Made by a program: the position numbers and the translations under genes. Shown in pieces: positions 1 to 13,030 of a stretch of DNA of 64,000 nt (its first letter is position 1; every line of letters begins with the position of its first letter). The notes under the pieces were generated by a model. It saw nothing but the letters and a program-made list of their open reading frames with translations, made no database searches and had not been told where the DNA came from. This stretch comes from Botryllus schlosseri (Eukaryota). The DNA lies in assembly GCA_051294905.1 (NCBI GenBank), contig CM119372.1, positions 22,508,001-22,572,000 of the forward strand, in the 5' to 3' direction.

Positions 1-375
1 GACGGCCGCATAATTTTCCTTCTACTGCCGCAGATTCGGCACCGTTGAACTGAAGAATCGATATTGTGGTTAGCTAGACACTGTACTTGCTGGAAAACGA
101 TCTCCTCGTAAAGCTTGGTCTTTTGGGAAGCCCGACGTCGTTTTCTAAGGGTGGGTTTCAAAAAGTTGTCTTAATTTAGACCTGGCTTAAGGCCAGTGAA
201 TGACTTGGCCGAGACGCCAGGCGACGGCGGTCTTAATTCGGTTTCAAATGTCAATTTGGCGCCGCGCTCGGCCAAGTCCGTTAGTTGCGAGTAATTACTG
301 TCTACTTCGTCGCTGTAGCGAGTTCAACACGGAACCGAGGCCAGATTGTTATTGTTTTGAGTTGCTCGTGGATGA

Positions 376-1437
376 ATGAAAGGAGATCAGTGGAGGATTA
401 TGGAATTGCTGGAGTTGTTGGAATTTACTGACGATGATGATGAACAGTACAGACTGCCAAGAAAGTATCTCGCAGATGTTCAGAACCCCTTCGAAAGGTA
501 TTCGAACAACGAGTTCAGACTGCGATTCCGGTTTTCAAAAGACGCAACTCACTATCTTTTTGGGCTGTTGAAAGATGATGAAGAATTGACCTGCAGAGAT
601 CATGCTCTTCCGCCAATACTACAACTAACTTGCGCCTTACGGTTTTTCGCGGATGGCCATTTTCAACAGACTGATGGTGACCTAGCTGGTATAAGCAAAG
701 TAACTGCTCACAGAAGCATTCACAAAATTACCCGTGCCATATGCCGCAAGAAGCTCCTGTTTTTGAATTTTCCTACTGACCTCGATAAAGTAAAGCAAGA
801 ATTTTATGACATTGCAGGCTTCCCAAACGTTGTTGGAGCAATCGATTGTACTCATCTACCCATAATATCCCCTGGCGGTGATAATGCAGAGGTGTTCCGG
901 AACAGAAAAGGTTATTTTTCATTGAACGTTCAAATGATATGTGATGCACAGCGAGTCGTAACAAACATTGTCACACGTTGGTATGGATCTTGTCACGATT
1001 CAAGAATCTTTGACAATTCGGTGATCCGTGATCGATTCGAAGATAATCAAATCGATGGATATTTGCTTGGGGATAATGGATATCCACTGAGGAGCTACTT
1101 ACTTACACCACTATTATCACCAAGAACATCGGCCGAAAAAAAGTATAATCACGCTCATATTGTAACCCGCTCTCGCATAGAGCAGTGCTTTGGCATGCTG
1201 AAAAAAAGATTTTTCGCCTTAGCTATACCGATGAGGACCAAGCTCAGCAATTCCACGAATATCGTCGTGGCCATAACCTGCCTTCATAATCTGGCAATTC
1301 GGACACGACAGATGACTGATGAAACGGAAGTTGATGACGTATTCGAACCAGATGCTTCAGACCACCCTCATGTCGCATCGACTCCTTCTGGACAATCCGA
1401 GCGACAAAGCATAATTTTGAGACACTTTTCAAACTAA
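376..1437 (+). CDS. Harbinger (HARBI1-like, DDE_Tnp_4) transposase, 353 aa, intronless
   Basis: Motifs FRLRFRF, ALRFFADG, GAIDCTH, NRKGYFSLNVQMICD, GSCHDSRIF, LGDNGYP, YNHAHIVTRSRIEQCFGMLKKRF, CLHN; open frame without stops. Confidence 0.95.
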   Translation: MKGDQWRIMELLELLEFTDDDDEQYRLPRKYLADVQNPFERYSNNEFRLRFRFSKDATHYLFGLLKDDEELTCRDHALPPILQLTCALRFFADGHFQQTDGDLAGISKVTAHRSIHKITRAICRKKLLFLNFPTDLDKVKQEFYDIAGFPNVVGAIDCTHLPIISPGGDNAEVFRNRKGYFSLNVQMICDAQRVVTNIVTRWYGSCHDSRIFDNSVIRDRFEDNQIDGYLLGDNGYPLRSYLLTPLLSPRTSAEKKYNHAHIVTRSRIEQCFGMLKKRFFALAIPMRTKLSNSTNIVVAITCLHNLAIRTRQMTDETEVDDVFEPDASDHPHVASTPSGQSERQSIILRHFSN

Positions 1438-1763
1438 TCCATGAATATTCTTTTTCTACACATTCCATTTCAATTACAAAGAAACAAACATGAGCTTTAT
1501 TGCGTGTGTCATGTAAAAATGAAAATTCGCATAGCGGCTGATAGTAAGTTTAACACAGTATAGCAGGATAGCATAAAACAGTATAGCAGGATAGCATAAG
1601 CGCTTAAGCGGTGTAGAAAAACGGTAGAAGCAATTTTATAAATTGCAATACAGGATAGCATGAGCAGTGTGGAAAACCTCGGCAAGAAAAGAATGGCGTG
1701 TCAACGAAATTGAACGAAGTATACAGAAAATTGGTTCAGACACTGGATTCAGTGAGCAAAAAT

Positions 1764-3346
1764 TCACTGATACTTTTTGTCCAGCATCTCGGACTTTTTT
1801 TTATAATGATTCACTTTGAGATCATGCTCAATTTGTCTCATTCTCGTCTCCGTAACTCTCATTTCCAAATCCTTTTCCAGGAGTCTTTTTTTAGCCTTGC
1901 TCTCCTCCAATTTAGCGTTTAGTACATCCAACCTCATTTCTTCATAGGTGGCCTTAGGCTTAGAGCGAGCTGTTTGGAAAGATGAAAATGATAAATACCA
2001 TGAGTTTAAAAAAAATGTTGATATTTATATTGCTGCAATATGTCCAAAATTCCGCAGTTGATAGCAGGGGTCGGCAACCTCTGGTCCGTAGACCAGCACT
2101 TTTCAAGTCCGTTCCTGGTCTGCGAAAAGTGATTTTATCATGCTTTGGCAAGTAAAGCGGGTTTTCATAATTATAGTGGTCAAGATCCCTGATGCTTATT
2201 TGGAAAAATTCAAGTGAATCTATTCTGAATTATTTTCCTCTGCTGCTCGCATCTGTAGGCTACTATATTCTGGGGATCAGATTGCATAATTCAATTACTA
2301 TATTGTAGTTGAAAAATGAAGCCGAATTGAAAATTTCAAGAATAATTAAAATCTCTCAATTCCGAAATTCAATTTGCATGTTGACGGCCGCAAGCACATA
2401 CTAATTGAATTACGTGTCGACGGCCGCACAAATGTCCGGCCATCCCAGAAATAGACAATGGTTAAATCAGAAATGAATGCGAATTTACCTTGATTTGGTA
2501 GTGGATTGTTCATGACGGAGCAAGTAGAAGTAGAAGTTGAAGTTCCAACTGCAACCCCAGACGTTGACAGATCAGGTGAACTAGGATCTATCAGAAAATA
2601 TCCAGTAAATTCTCAAGCAGTGAATAGAAATTGTATTGTATACTTACGGTTCAGTGTCGGAACGGAAAAAAGTTCGACCATAGAAGTTTCAGAAGAACCT
2701 AAAGATAAATCGTATTAGATCATGTTATCACCATTCAAGTGTATATACAGATATATATAGACCTATTTCAGAGCATGGCAGTTCTATGCCTGCTACATTT
2801 TCTGTGGTGCTGAAAGATGGCGCCTCCATTTGTGTTTCGCAGCCTGCATATGACTCTTGTTGCACTTGTACTGATATTGAATCATCATCAAATTGACTGG
2901 GGATGCTACTTATTTGACTTGGTATCAAACCTGTGAAAAACAATCCTGAATTATTATGTAGTCTACACAAGGAATGATGGATTACTGCAGCACCTACTTT
3001 TGATCTTGGCATAGATCATGTCTGATGCAGTTGGTTGAAGGTCAGGTATTCCACCACCAGTTTTTCTTTGCTCCCGTACTCGTTGCGCCTCATGCTTTTT
3101 ACAATCGCTCTTCAAATTTTTCCAGAGTTTTTTCAACTTGTCCTCATTTCTCTCCACTTGTGCAATTCCTGATGAATTGAATTCACTGACAAGTTTGCGC
3201 CAGGCCGCTTCTTTATTCCTTCTAAAATCCTTATCGCTCTGTCCACTAGTTTTGCTGGTAATCAAAACGGGGTATTTTCCAATCAAGTCGATAAATCCAT
3301 TTTTTTCAGCTATGCTGAAATTCGGAGCGCGTGCAGTGCCAGCCAT
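1764..3346 (-). CDS. Harbinger Myb/SANT-like DNA-binding partner protein, 5 exons, about 290 aa
   Basis: N-terminal RAPNFS...KEAAWRKLVSEFN...LKKLWKNLK...KTGGG trihelix motif. Exons 3346-2998, 2930-2763, 2698-2648, 2587-2489 and 1969-1764 join in frame via GT-AG introns and end in a coiled-coil-like tail (EEMRLDVLNAKLEESKAKKRLLEKDLE...KKYQ*). Confidence 0.85.
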
Positions 3347-3940
3347 TGCTTGTTCAGGATAATAAATTTTGAGTGGTGATAGCCAAAGAGTCAACTAGAC
3401 CAAATTGAGTATGAGCACAATGCTGGTAAAAACAATACCTACGTCATCAGCAATATTTAATAAAGTCAAAAATATACATATTGATGAAAGTTCCATATAG
3501 TCAGCACTATTGCTGAAAGTAACAGCGGTTGAACATATTTACGACAACGCTCATATGGGTGGGACGAAAATGGAAATCAAGATAAAAACCATGCAATCTG
3601 GCAAAATTGCGTGCAACATTGATTAGGCCATACTGTACCAAATATGTACGATACATATTTTCATTTTTCTAATGACGCGTCATGCGTTCACTTTTTGGCT
3701 ATGACCCCAGCAAAGGCAAACTGTCAAAACACCGACATGCTTAAGAGGTAACCAAGAAATTCTGAAGAGTCAGAAAACTGCAATGACAAGGTGACAGCAA
3801 GATGCAGACAAGACGTCACAACCTAATCTCGGTGCTTCTTCGATACATGTGCCATATTAACCGATGTTCCCCATGACCACTAATCAGCATCATTACCTTA
3901 ACGGATTCGCATCGCTGACTATTGTTTACCCACATAGGCA

Positions 3941-4245
3941 GGGGAGATAGCGTAGTGGTAACGATAAGCGTCCACCAATCTGACGGACCCGGTTCGATTC
4001 CTGTCGGAGGTTTATCCGTTCTTACGGCAACAAAAAGGTCTCCGCTTCAAAAAGATCAACATCGAAAAGAACTGTGACATCGGGTACTCTAGGCCGAGGT
4101 GGATGTTAGAGTAGAGGATCGCTACTGATGCGTGTCGTTCGACATCCTCCTATCTGTTCATAGCATTGTGTCTTATTGCATTGTACATTGTTTGTGACTT
4201 GTTCAGATGAAAAATATAACCCAACGATATTAATATATATTATTA
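3941..4245 (+). mobile_element. tRNA-derived SINE, family A, inside the Harbinger right subterminal region
   Basis: Pol III A-box TAGCGTAGTGG and B-box GGTTCGATTCC (3991-4001); head and 3' end (gcattgtg...gatgaaaaatataa) are shared with the copy at 6640-7010. Confidence 0.75.
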
Positions 4246-5599
4246 TTCACAATAGAAATAGTCCAACGGTAGGGCACATCTTTACGCCTTGCCTGAAATA
4301 TCACATCCCCTCTCTCGTAACCACAGTCATATCATATTCGTAACTGAATCGATTGGGGCCAGCGATCGCGGGTTATAGTGGTCATGGGGAACATTGCTTG
4401 ATACTATATGGTGCGGGTATGGAAGAAGTGCTGATGTGTCCTGTGTGCATCAGGGCTCTGGCTATCCATTTGACCTGAAATCCGTTCAGTATACGAACAC
4501 CCCTGCAGCATTCCCCTGTAAATCCCACTATATAACGGTATGACATCAACTTGTCACGTTTGTGATAAAAACATTGTTCCAAACTGCCTGAAAGCAATAT
4601 ACAATGATCTAATCTGATTTGCCAAGCTATACATCAGAAAAACGGCCAGTATCCTTCAACAACCAGCACAACAGTTACCAGCACTGGTGACTTCAGCCTA
4701 CCCCCTAGCTGGCTTGGATATCTGTCTTAACTAAGCGCACGCTGGAGGGGAAATCCCCTCAAGTCACACTTTTGAAACCGACTTCAGCCTGAGGGGTGTA
4801 GCTTAAGCCCGACAAAGGGATTAAGTTGACTATTTGAAACCCACCCTAAGCGTCCGGTCTGGGCAGTGGTGGGCCATTGCACGTCAAGGCAATATGCCAA
4901 TTCATATCAGCAAATTCTTCCTCCGTGGAATGATATTACAATCGCCGAAGCCATAACAGCTTGTGAGGAATATTGACATTGGGAACAAGAGAATAGCTTA
5001 CTTTGAACAACAACAGCAATAATATGCCTATACTAAAATCCATTTCAGAATTTCAAAATGCTTTACCAAGCGTTCTTCCGAAATTCTCCAAATCAGGTCG
5101 CGGGCCGCAAAATATGACGTCGCGGGCTGCGTGTTGGTGACCCCTGATATAGAGACTCTACAAATGAACCAACTATGAACGAAAAATTGGAGTCTTGATA
5201 TAGTCTAACTAAAGCTGTGGTTCTTTACCGGTGCTTCATGGAAGACTAGGGGCTTCTCGAGCCAATTTCAGGGGTTCCGCTCGAGCTCAGGCCGCACACT
5301 CATAACTTTGTAATGACCATCATCCATCATTAGTTGCGGGCAATTAGGCCCGATCAGTATACGGATAGTGAATGTGGTGGTCATACGTCGCGAGCAGAGC
5401 CGTACGCAGGGGAGGTTGGGGGGCGAAATAAAACTGCCAACTCGGTGTCCACTATTTATAACATCATTTGTAATTAGGACATTGATACCACTCCTTTGCG
5501 TTTCGATCGAACAATACGATGAAACTTTCCAGGGTTCAACCCGGATTTTGGAGCTGGTGTTTGAAAGGAAACATCGGAAGTCAGTGGGCAATAAATGTA

Positions 5600-5946
5600 T
5601 AGGGTTACCATACGTTCTCTTTTAAGAGGATTTGTCCTCTTTTTGGACTTTTTTGAAAGTGTCCTCGGAGGATGCCCAGATGTCCTCTTTTTTGAGAATT
5701 TGTACTCTTTTTTGAAAATGTTGGTTAGATGTGTGTGAAAATTGCACTGAGATATAGGAAATCAGCACTCAGGTAACGGCCCGGCGGCCTTTCGGGAGTT
5801 GAGCCAGAAACTCGACCTTTTTTTTAGTCAACCAACTACGAACTCGGAGTAAATTTACCACTTTTCCGGATTTTTCACCGGTATTGTCAGTCTGAAAATT
5901 TTGAAAAAGTGTCCTCTTTGCAGATTTCACAAACATGGTAACCCTA
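5600..5946. mobile_element. hAT-type MITE
   Basis: TIR TAGGGTTACCAT / ATGGTAACCCTA with repeated subterminal TGTCCTC motifs; no clean TSD. Confidence 0.65.
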
Positions 5947-6361
5947 AATAATTATATATTATCATGTTTTCGTGTTGCGTGAAAATTATATTTTAATGTT
6001 TTTTCTTTTCTTCTAACACTATGTTGGTTCACAGTTCATTTTGTGCTCCAGTAATCTATAGTCATAACTGATATGTGGAGTTAGATGTGTATACTGTGTT
6101 ACATTTTTGTTTTTATGACTCAGCGAATATTTGCGGATCCGCGAAGACTTGTGAATTGCGTAAGTGATCCGGCAGTTAGTAGACAACCACTGTATTAAAG
6201 GCAGAGTGATATAAACTTTTGCGTTCAAAGAAGAACCTTTGCTTCATCGGCTCATCATGCGCTTATCGACCCTGAGAAATCACAAAGTACAGTATTATAT
6301 TATTGTGGGAATAGGTAAGAGGATGACAAGCATAGCCTATACTTTTAGGTGTTAATCGATC

Positions 6362-6630
6362 GGCGAGATAGCGTATAGTGGTATAATCCACAGCTGCAAC
6401 ATCAATGGGTTGTGGATTCGATCCCGACCGAGGTCGACTTCAGAATTCCTGCCTAAGTGTTCGAGGTTCATCTAGGCTCCTCCTCGCCACATCATCCGTG
6501 TAAGCGGTGCCTTATAAAGGCTTAGAAGTCGGCCATGCTACAAGTCGACAGCTATGAAGAGCATCTGTCTGATGTGAACGACCATAGTGGTCGACAAACA
6601 CCACGAATGCCACAAAAAGAAGAATAAAAA
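6362..6630 (+). mobile_element. tRNA-derived SINE, family B (full length)
   Basis: A-box TAGCGTATAGTGG, B-box GATTCGATCCC; body and 3' end (taagcggtg...tagaagt...gtcgacaaacacca) are repeated at about 14304, 15392, 20815 and 50807. Confidence 0.8.
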
Positions 6631-6639
6631 TATGTTAAT

Positions 6640-7010
6640 CTGTAAAATCAATAATCGCCAGATTATATTTTCATCCGACAAAGACATACAATGTTCAATT
6701 CGAAAAGGCACAATGCGATGCAATGAACCGAGGATGATTCAGAACGACCAGTTGCGGTCTCTTACACTGGCATCCACTTAGACCTGGCGCCTATAGCTCT
6801 TTCCGGTGTTAATTTCTATTCCGCGGCTCTTTCTTGCTCTTTCCATTCCTTGCGACTGAGTGGATTCTTTTGTCTGGTCTTTTTCTGAGGTTTTGTCGCC
6901 ATTAGAATAGCGACGCGGGGAAGAGGAACCCAGACAAACCTCCGACGCGGAATCGAACCTGGGCCGCCGGGGTAACAGGCGCTTATCTTCACCACTATAC
7001 ACTAACTCCC
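6640..7010 (-). mobile_element. tRNA-derived SINE, family A
   Basis: Minus strand reads gggagttagtgtatagtggtgaagataagcgcc...GGTTCGATTCCgcgtcggaggttt, matching the 3941 head; tails also match. Confidence 0.75.
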
Positions 7011-8022
7011 ACGCTAAACAACTGAGCTACCCAGTTTTAGAAAAACTGGAGTAGCTCATGACATGGCTAACGTACAGCCCGCGGGCCGGATCCGTAATGA
7101 TCAGTAAATGAACAAACTGTTTGTATATTGTTATATTGTTTCTGTCAATACTCCGGTGTAGCAAGAGCAGCATCAATTCAAAATAATTGAACAACAGTGC
7201 CACCAGGAGGATCGAAATGGAATCATAATAAATATTACATCACAAAACTCAAAATTTCTCAATTCCACAAAGTTCTCCATAAAACGAAATCCATAACCAA
7301 ATTTGAAAACACACCACTAGCACACGAAAAAGAAACGGAACAATAGTAATACTGGAGTCCAGTATTGAGAACGTGACACTTCTACGAATATGGCCGTAGC
7401 TGAATCAACATATCCCATGCCTAGCATAACAGTGCGACGGAAAGAGACTTCACGAGATGAAATGCAAAGGTGACGACATGCAACCCTGATGAAAAATCCA
7501 TCAAACCTGCCATGTCACTGATTCGCAGGCCATTAATATCGAACCTTTACTTCGGTAGGCCTACTCATCATGTAACTGGATGTCAGACGTCACCACATCC
7601 TGTTATGTGAAACTGCGTGTACAACTTGGTATGTTTCTATAAAAGCTATTCCATCACGGTACAACTATTTTGCGATATGCAAACAATCAAGGATGTATTG
7701 TGCAATCCACATATTACTCGTATACCGATTATTATAATAATAGGAGTGTTACACAGACAAAAAAGTCTGAATACCAGATAAATTGATTCCTAGCGTTTCA
7801 TGCTGCGCGATCATCCGCTAAAAATTAGTAATGACGTTATATACTGACACATGATGAAGAGAAGGGCCCTCGGAAAGGTCCAACAATTCCTGCAATACAA
7901 ATAATATGCGTTGGTTCAACGTTTTTGTTATTACAGTGCACGTACAACAAGCTGAAACTCATAAGTTACGCAGTGGCCCTGAAATTCTCAGTTGAAAAGT
8001 ATTACCGAAAGCGAGACGATAC

Positions 8023-11000
8023 ATGAAAGTATTTGTTATAATCCTCACCGCGGTGGCTGTAAGTATAAGATCATGGGAAGAAAATATTCCTCTAATTTCA
8101 AGCCTTACTTTTAACAGGTGGCCAGCTCCGTTGTTGAACAGTTGAGCTTTGACCAGCAGTATTTGAGCGAAATAAAGTCACTATGGAAGCTTCCTGGGTC
8201 GGAGTGTTTCAAATTTTCGCCTTGCGTTCGTCTGGCGTGGTTTCAAACCAAGTCTTACTCAGACGTTCTGCGTAATTACCCGGGAGAGGAAGATGACGGT
8301 AAGATCAAATTTGATTACGCTTTGACCCGTAAATACAGTTCCACCACAATACAGAGTTGGATGAAAGTGAATTTGAAGATATGTGCAAGAAAGCATTGCA
8401 CGATAAGGCAAGAGAGATATACCGGGAAATCGACCAGAACGGATTAAAATGGTTTCGTTCAGTCAGAACAGTAGCGGTCGAGGCTCGTGATGATTTCAAA
8501 AATGAATTAACCGACTTCACGCAGGATTATGTTCGGTGAGAAAATTATGTTACAGTGTGATCTTTAAATGCTTACTTTACATACGCTTAACATAAATATG
8601 GACTTGTCAATCTAAAATTATGTATTGAATGACACGATGGTCATCGTCTTTACACGTAGATATATTCGTTATTTGTTACTCCTGGGTGTCGACAGTCGAT
8701 ATACTTAATGACGATGTCATGTATGTACGGTCGTATCACCGACACTATTTTATAAATGCATCCCGTTTATTCAATATACTGTGTGCAAGAGAATTTGCCA
8801 GCATATCTCCATGCGAATCAGAATATACGCCATCATGTAAAATATGAACATGTTAATTCAGAGGCATTCCTGAATACGCCAAGGCTCAAATTCAGGGTCT
8901 CATGAAAGAAAGCCTGAATGATTATAATCAACACATTAACGAAGAGCTAGCGGAGGCTGTAAAGCAGTGGAAATCCTCCCACAGAAATATCTACGGCCGC
9001 GTTCTAGCTTTGCACAGTCGAATCATCAAGGCGTAAGTTGTATACGAAAACTTTACCAGTTCATATTGTATTTGACATATTTGTGCCCTCAGTGCTGTTG
9101 CTGCATTCCGAAACCGTGCCAAGAATATAGCTGCCTTCGTCAATACCCTTGAAAATAAAATTATAGGATACGCCGCAAAATATCAAACAACTCTGGCCGA
9201 TGACGTTAGTAAAAATGTGGAGGAATATGGACGGTTACAATTCGAAATATTCGGTAAGTGGTATTGAAGTGTTTCCAAGACACGAAACAGATCGAGCATA
9301 GTTAATGAGGATGCAATACATACAGGTCGGGTGCCTTATTTGTAACGATAATAACGTATAAACACGATGGGAGTCTCGTTGCTATAGCTATATTAGTTCA
9401 TGCGCAGGTAGTGAAATCTGAAGGAATTCGCATCGGCTATACAATATGACTACAAGATGAAGCAATACATGTGGTCTGTTTTTGAAATCGCTCTACTCTA
9501 AGCGACATAAAAAATACAATTATAGTTACGGTGCGAACCTCTGTCTTCATAACTATTTATTTAAATTGATAGATCTAAAGGGAATGGAATTCATGACCAC
9601 AAGATATCCGTTAATCGCCGTATCATATTTTAAAGAAAGACCTATACTTGATCACCTCTTATCGTCATATCGACACTGTTGCCCTACCTCACTCTGACAC
9701 TGCTTCATTGATTTGCTGCTTTCTTTTTACTTCTTCTTTAATTTTTCTTTATCTAAAATTCATTACAGCCAGATTGCGAAGAGTCAATGTACCTGTTTGC
9801 TGGTGTGATCAGACTAGTTGACCTCCAAAGTTGTATCGATCATCTCTACCCGACACCGAATGCTGTGCATGCGTATTTCTCTGTATCATCGTTGCCGTCC
9901 GTTTGATCTGAATTTCAGTTGGATAAAAATAAAGACCCCCTCTCTCTATATATATTTGACTCCCCTTGTCGGAATTAGCAAAAATCCTGACAGTCTAAAA
10001 TGTTGGTTTGATAAGTTGCATTCGACAGCGCCTTTGCTTTTCTGTCCGCGACGGTGTCTGATATTGCTGAATTAGCAGTCAGCAATCGGTATGATATCAC
10101 TCATAACTAAATGTCTGATGACATGATGTTAGATGTTAGGTCAACTCTGGTCAAAAGGTTTTCTGGTTAAGATTTTTAAGGTAAAAACTGTCAAATTTTT
10201 GATTTTTTAGGTCAAAATCTTCCGTTTTTCAGGTAAAAAATCGCCCCAGTCATTAGTTATCTTATTTTAGGCATGGAAAACCCTAAATAGACCTGAGATT
10301 GATGTGAATACCTTCCAGTCATCGGCTTTTGAAATGTTGGGGTACGCGTAACTACGATGTAAAATGTTTGAGAACCCTTGATCTATACTGTATGTATTGC
10401 TCCAGAACTCAATGCCACAACCGTTTCATCTACCCGGACAAGAAAGATTGTACAGTCTGCACAAAAGAATTATCAACTATTGAGTTGGAATGCGGCACGC
10501 AAACGATTGATAGAATACCGGAGCAAACTAAACGGCTGCAAATCAAAATTGATTAAAAAATATAAAAGCTGCTACCAACTAGAGACATGTAGCGGGAAGT
10601 TGACATTTGACAAAAAGAACTACACCGGTTTCAGGTGCATGAAAGTTTATTATGAGTTGGTATGGCCCCACTGAAAACGCCCGCATTTTGAAACTTTTAT
10701 TCAGCAAGAAAATGGGATTGTGGTGGAAATCCAACCTGAAAAGCACAGCCCATGATTATAGGAGTGCCGATTTTGAATTGCGTTGGAAAAAGCCTGGATA
10801 TAAGAGCTTGGTTAGCGGCAATGCCTGTGAGTTGAATATTTCATATTTACTTTTCTTCCATTGACATTTAATCTATATAATTATAATTTGATAAACGCTT
10901 CCAGACATACATGACTGAGTTTGTTGTTGTGTTACGTTCGGAGAGAACAGTTAAATCATTTTTCCTTTCAGCACGACTGCCGAAGAAGATAAAAAAACCT

Positions 11001-13030
11001 TGGTGATCATTCACAGTATATTCGAACGAATAAAGATAACACTTGCCGAAATATCCGTAGCATAATTTTATACGGTGTAATAACTGTTATCTGTACGAAC
11101 TTGACGTCATAGATATGGATCACTATTAGTAAAGGCATATAAGTGATGAACAATTTCATCCTAAAATTTATGTGAGGGTTTCTTTGAACGTCTACGTCCA
11201 ATGATAGATGTGTCATCGGTTCATTTATATTTTATAAGCATGTGCTTATATACGCCCTTATGGCCCAGCAAATATGCGCGTGTCCAGCAACATCGCAGAA
11301 TTCAATGACAAAGTTTGTATTGTCTCTAACAGCTGACGTCAACGAAAAAGTGAAGGATTTCCAAGAACGCATCGTAGCGCTGGGAAACAAGACAATCGAA
11401 AATTCGCAGACAGCGTTCGCCGAATGGAAGAAAAGATGGACGACCATTCATTCGCGCATGTGCAAAGACTACCTGAAAGTAATCAAACAACGACACCAGC
11501 TCCTCCTGACGGGAGCAAAAGCACAACTATACTGCAGGTTTCAACCAATCACAATCACACATATCAGTAGTGCTGTTGGAGTTGAATGTTTGCAATTGAC
11601 AGGTACGGTTTCTGGTGCGCGCGATTCCAGGCCAGATACGACTTGCTCAAAAGGGATCTCGCCGGAAGACGCGTTGCTGCCATGCGCAAATACATCAATG
11701 CTCTGAAATCCCGATTCCACAACGGATGCAAGCGAATTCAGGCGTCGTTAACGGAATACAAGTCGAAGGTTGAATCTCTGGTAACAGATGCTCTTACGGC
11801 GTATTCACGTTGCATGAGAAACAGGCGCGATATGATAGAAGCGTACCAGAAGGAATTAGCATCAAAACGTGATGGGGACCGTAGTACGCTGTGGAACAAA
11901 CTTCGCCAGGTATAAACTCATCGTATTACACAATATCCTTCGCTACGGCGCTTGTAATCCACTATGCTACTATTTCTGTACATTCCTAAGTAATTCAATT
12001 GTTTTAAAATACATCGTCACTTCATTGATTGCGTCATACGAACTCGATTATATACTCATTCCGCAATTGTATTTGTCAAATTCTGGTAAAGTTACCGATT
12101 ATATTGGAAATTGCGTAACACGGCGCATCGTTTACGTTTACGAAACTGGACAACAGCAGTCGCGTCTTGGGCATTATCCTGCATCGTTTCAATGTCATCA
12201 TACTTTGGCCAATATTAAATTAATGGTCTCGGCGGGTCATTTTGTTGCAGAAATTCCTATCGTGCCCAGCCGCGATCACGTTTGACCTCGAAATTAAAAT
12301 CTAGCGATAATTTATTCATTCGCGAGATGTTCTCGTCCGGCTTAAGATTGCGCGGAAGCATATATGTTAATGAGTTTCTGATATTATTGTAAAAATTTAG
12401 TTTTCGAGTTTGTGCCTGGGGCGATTCATTGTCTAAATGCCGGCATGAGATACCTCAAAAACAAGACTTCACAGAAAAATACGTATGAATTCAGTGTAGG
12501 GAGAGATCTTGAATAGTGTATTTTAGTATAATGAAATATTTAAATGATTCCACAGCATGCCGTAGACCTGTTTCTCAATTTTAAGCCCCGCATTATCAAT
12601 TGTAATCCGATATGTTATTGAAGACATGGAATTGCTGTTCCCTTTGAGTGGTTTCCAAGCTTCCGACAAAACAGAGAGATAAACTCAGAATTACTACAAT
12701 ATTGCGTTTCAGTCCAGGGCCAAGAAGACAAATCACTTCAGAGATCTTCTAGCACATTATCACGGGCCTGCCAAGTCCTGGGACAAATCTGTAACAGTTC
12801 TGTACGACCAATACAAATACCATCTGAACGGCATGATCGAAATAATCAACAATGATTTCGAGGCCCATTGGTCAGACATACTACCCAAACTACTCAACCA
12901 TTACGAATGCAATTACAAATGCAACACTGAGTCCACGTTTCAATGCCCGCTGTTTTCGATCACTATCAATTGGACTGTCGTAAATCCCACTATTGATATG
13001 TACCCGTACCGACTCAAGTACTTCAAGTAA
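8023..13030 (+). CDS. Multi-exon secreted, largely alpha-helical protein of unknown function with internal repeats; middle exons disrupted (possible pseudogene or sequence errors)
   Basis: Signal peptide MKVFVIILTAVA|VASS. In-frame GT-AG exons 8023-8058, 8118-8298, 8355-8535, 8862-9032, 9093-9253; later clean exons 11239-11537, 11603-11909 and last exon 12713-13030. The exon starting at 9408 hits TGA at 9419-9421, and exons between 9408 and 11100 and near 12556 could not be joined in frame. Confidence 0.65.

Larger units (their letters stand above)
149..4846 (+). mobile_element. Full-length PIF/Harbinger DNA transposon (two convergent genes)
   Basis: Perfect 14-bp TIR GGGTGGGTTTCAAA (149-162) / TTTGAAACCCACCC (4833-4846), extending imperfectly to about 27 bp; TAA on both flanks (146-148, 4847-4849); encloses a DDE nuclease ORF and a Myb/SANT-like gene, the canonical Harbinger layout. 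Confidence 0.95.

Noticed and set aside
1553..1600. Short tandem duplications (also about 53877-53915 and 58161-58193)
   Set aside because: Ordinary slippage duplications with no further structure.
3941..4010. tRNA genes (also near 6362, 7010, 20815, 54297)
   Set aside because: A/B boxes are present but I could not form a complete cloverleaf or acceptor stem, and each continues into a shared SINE body.
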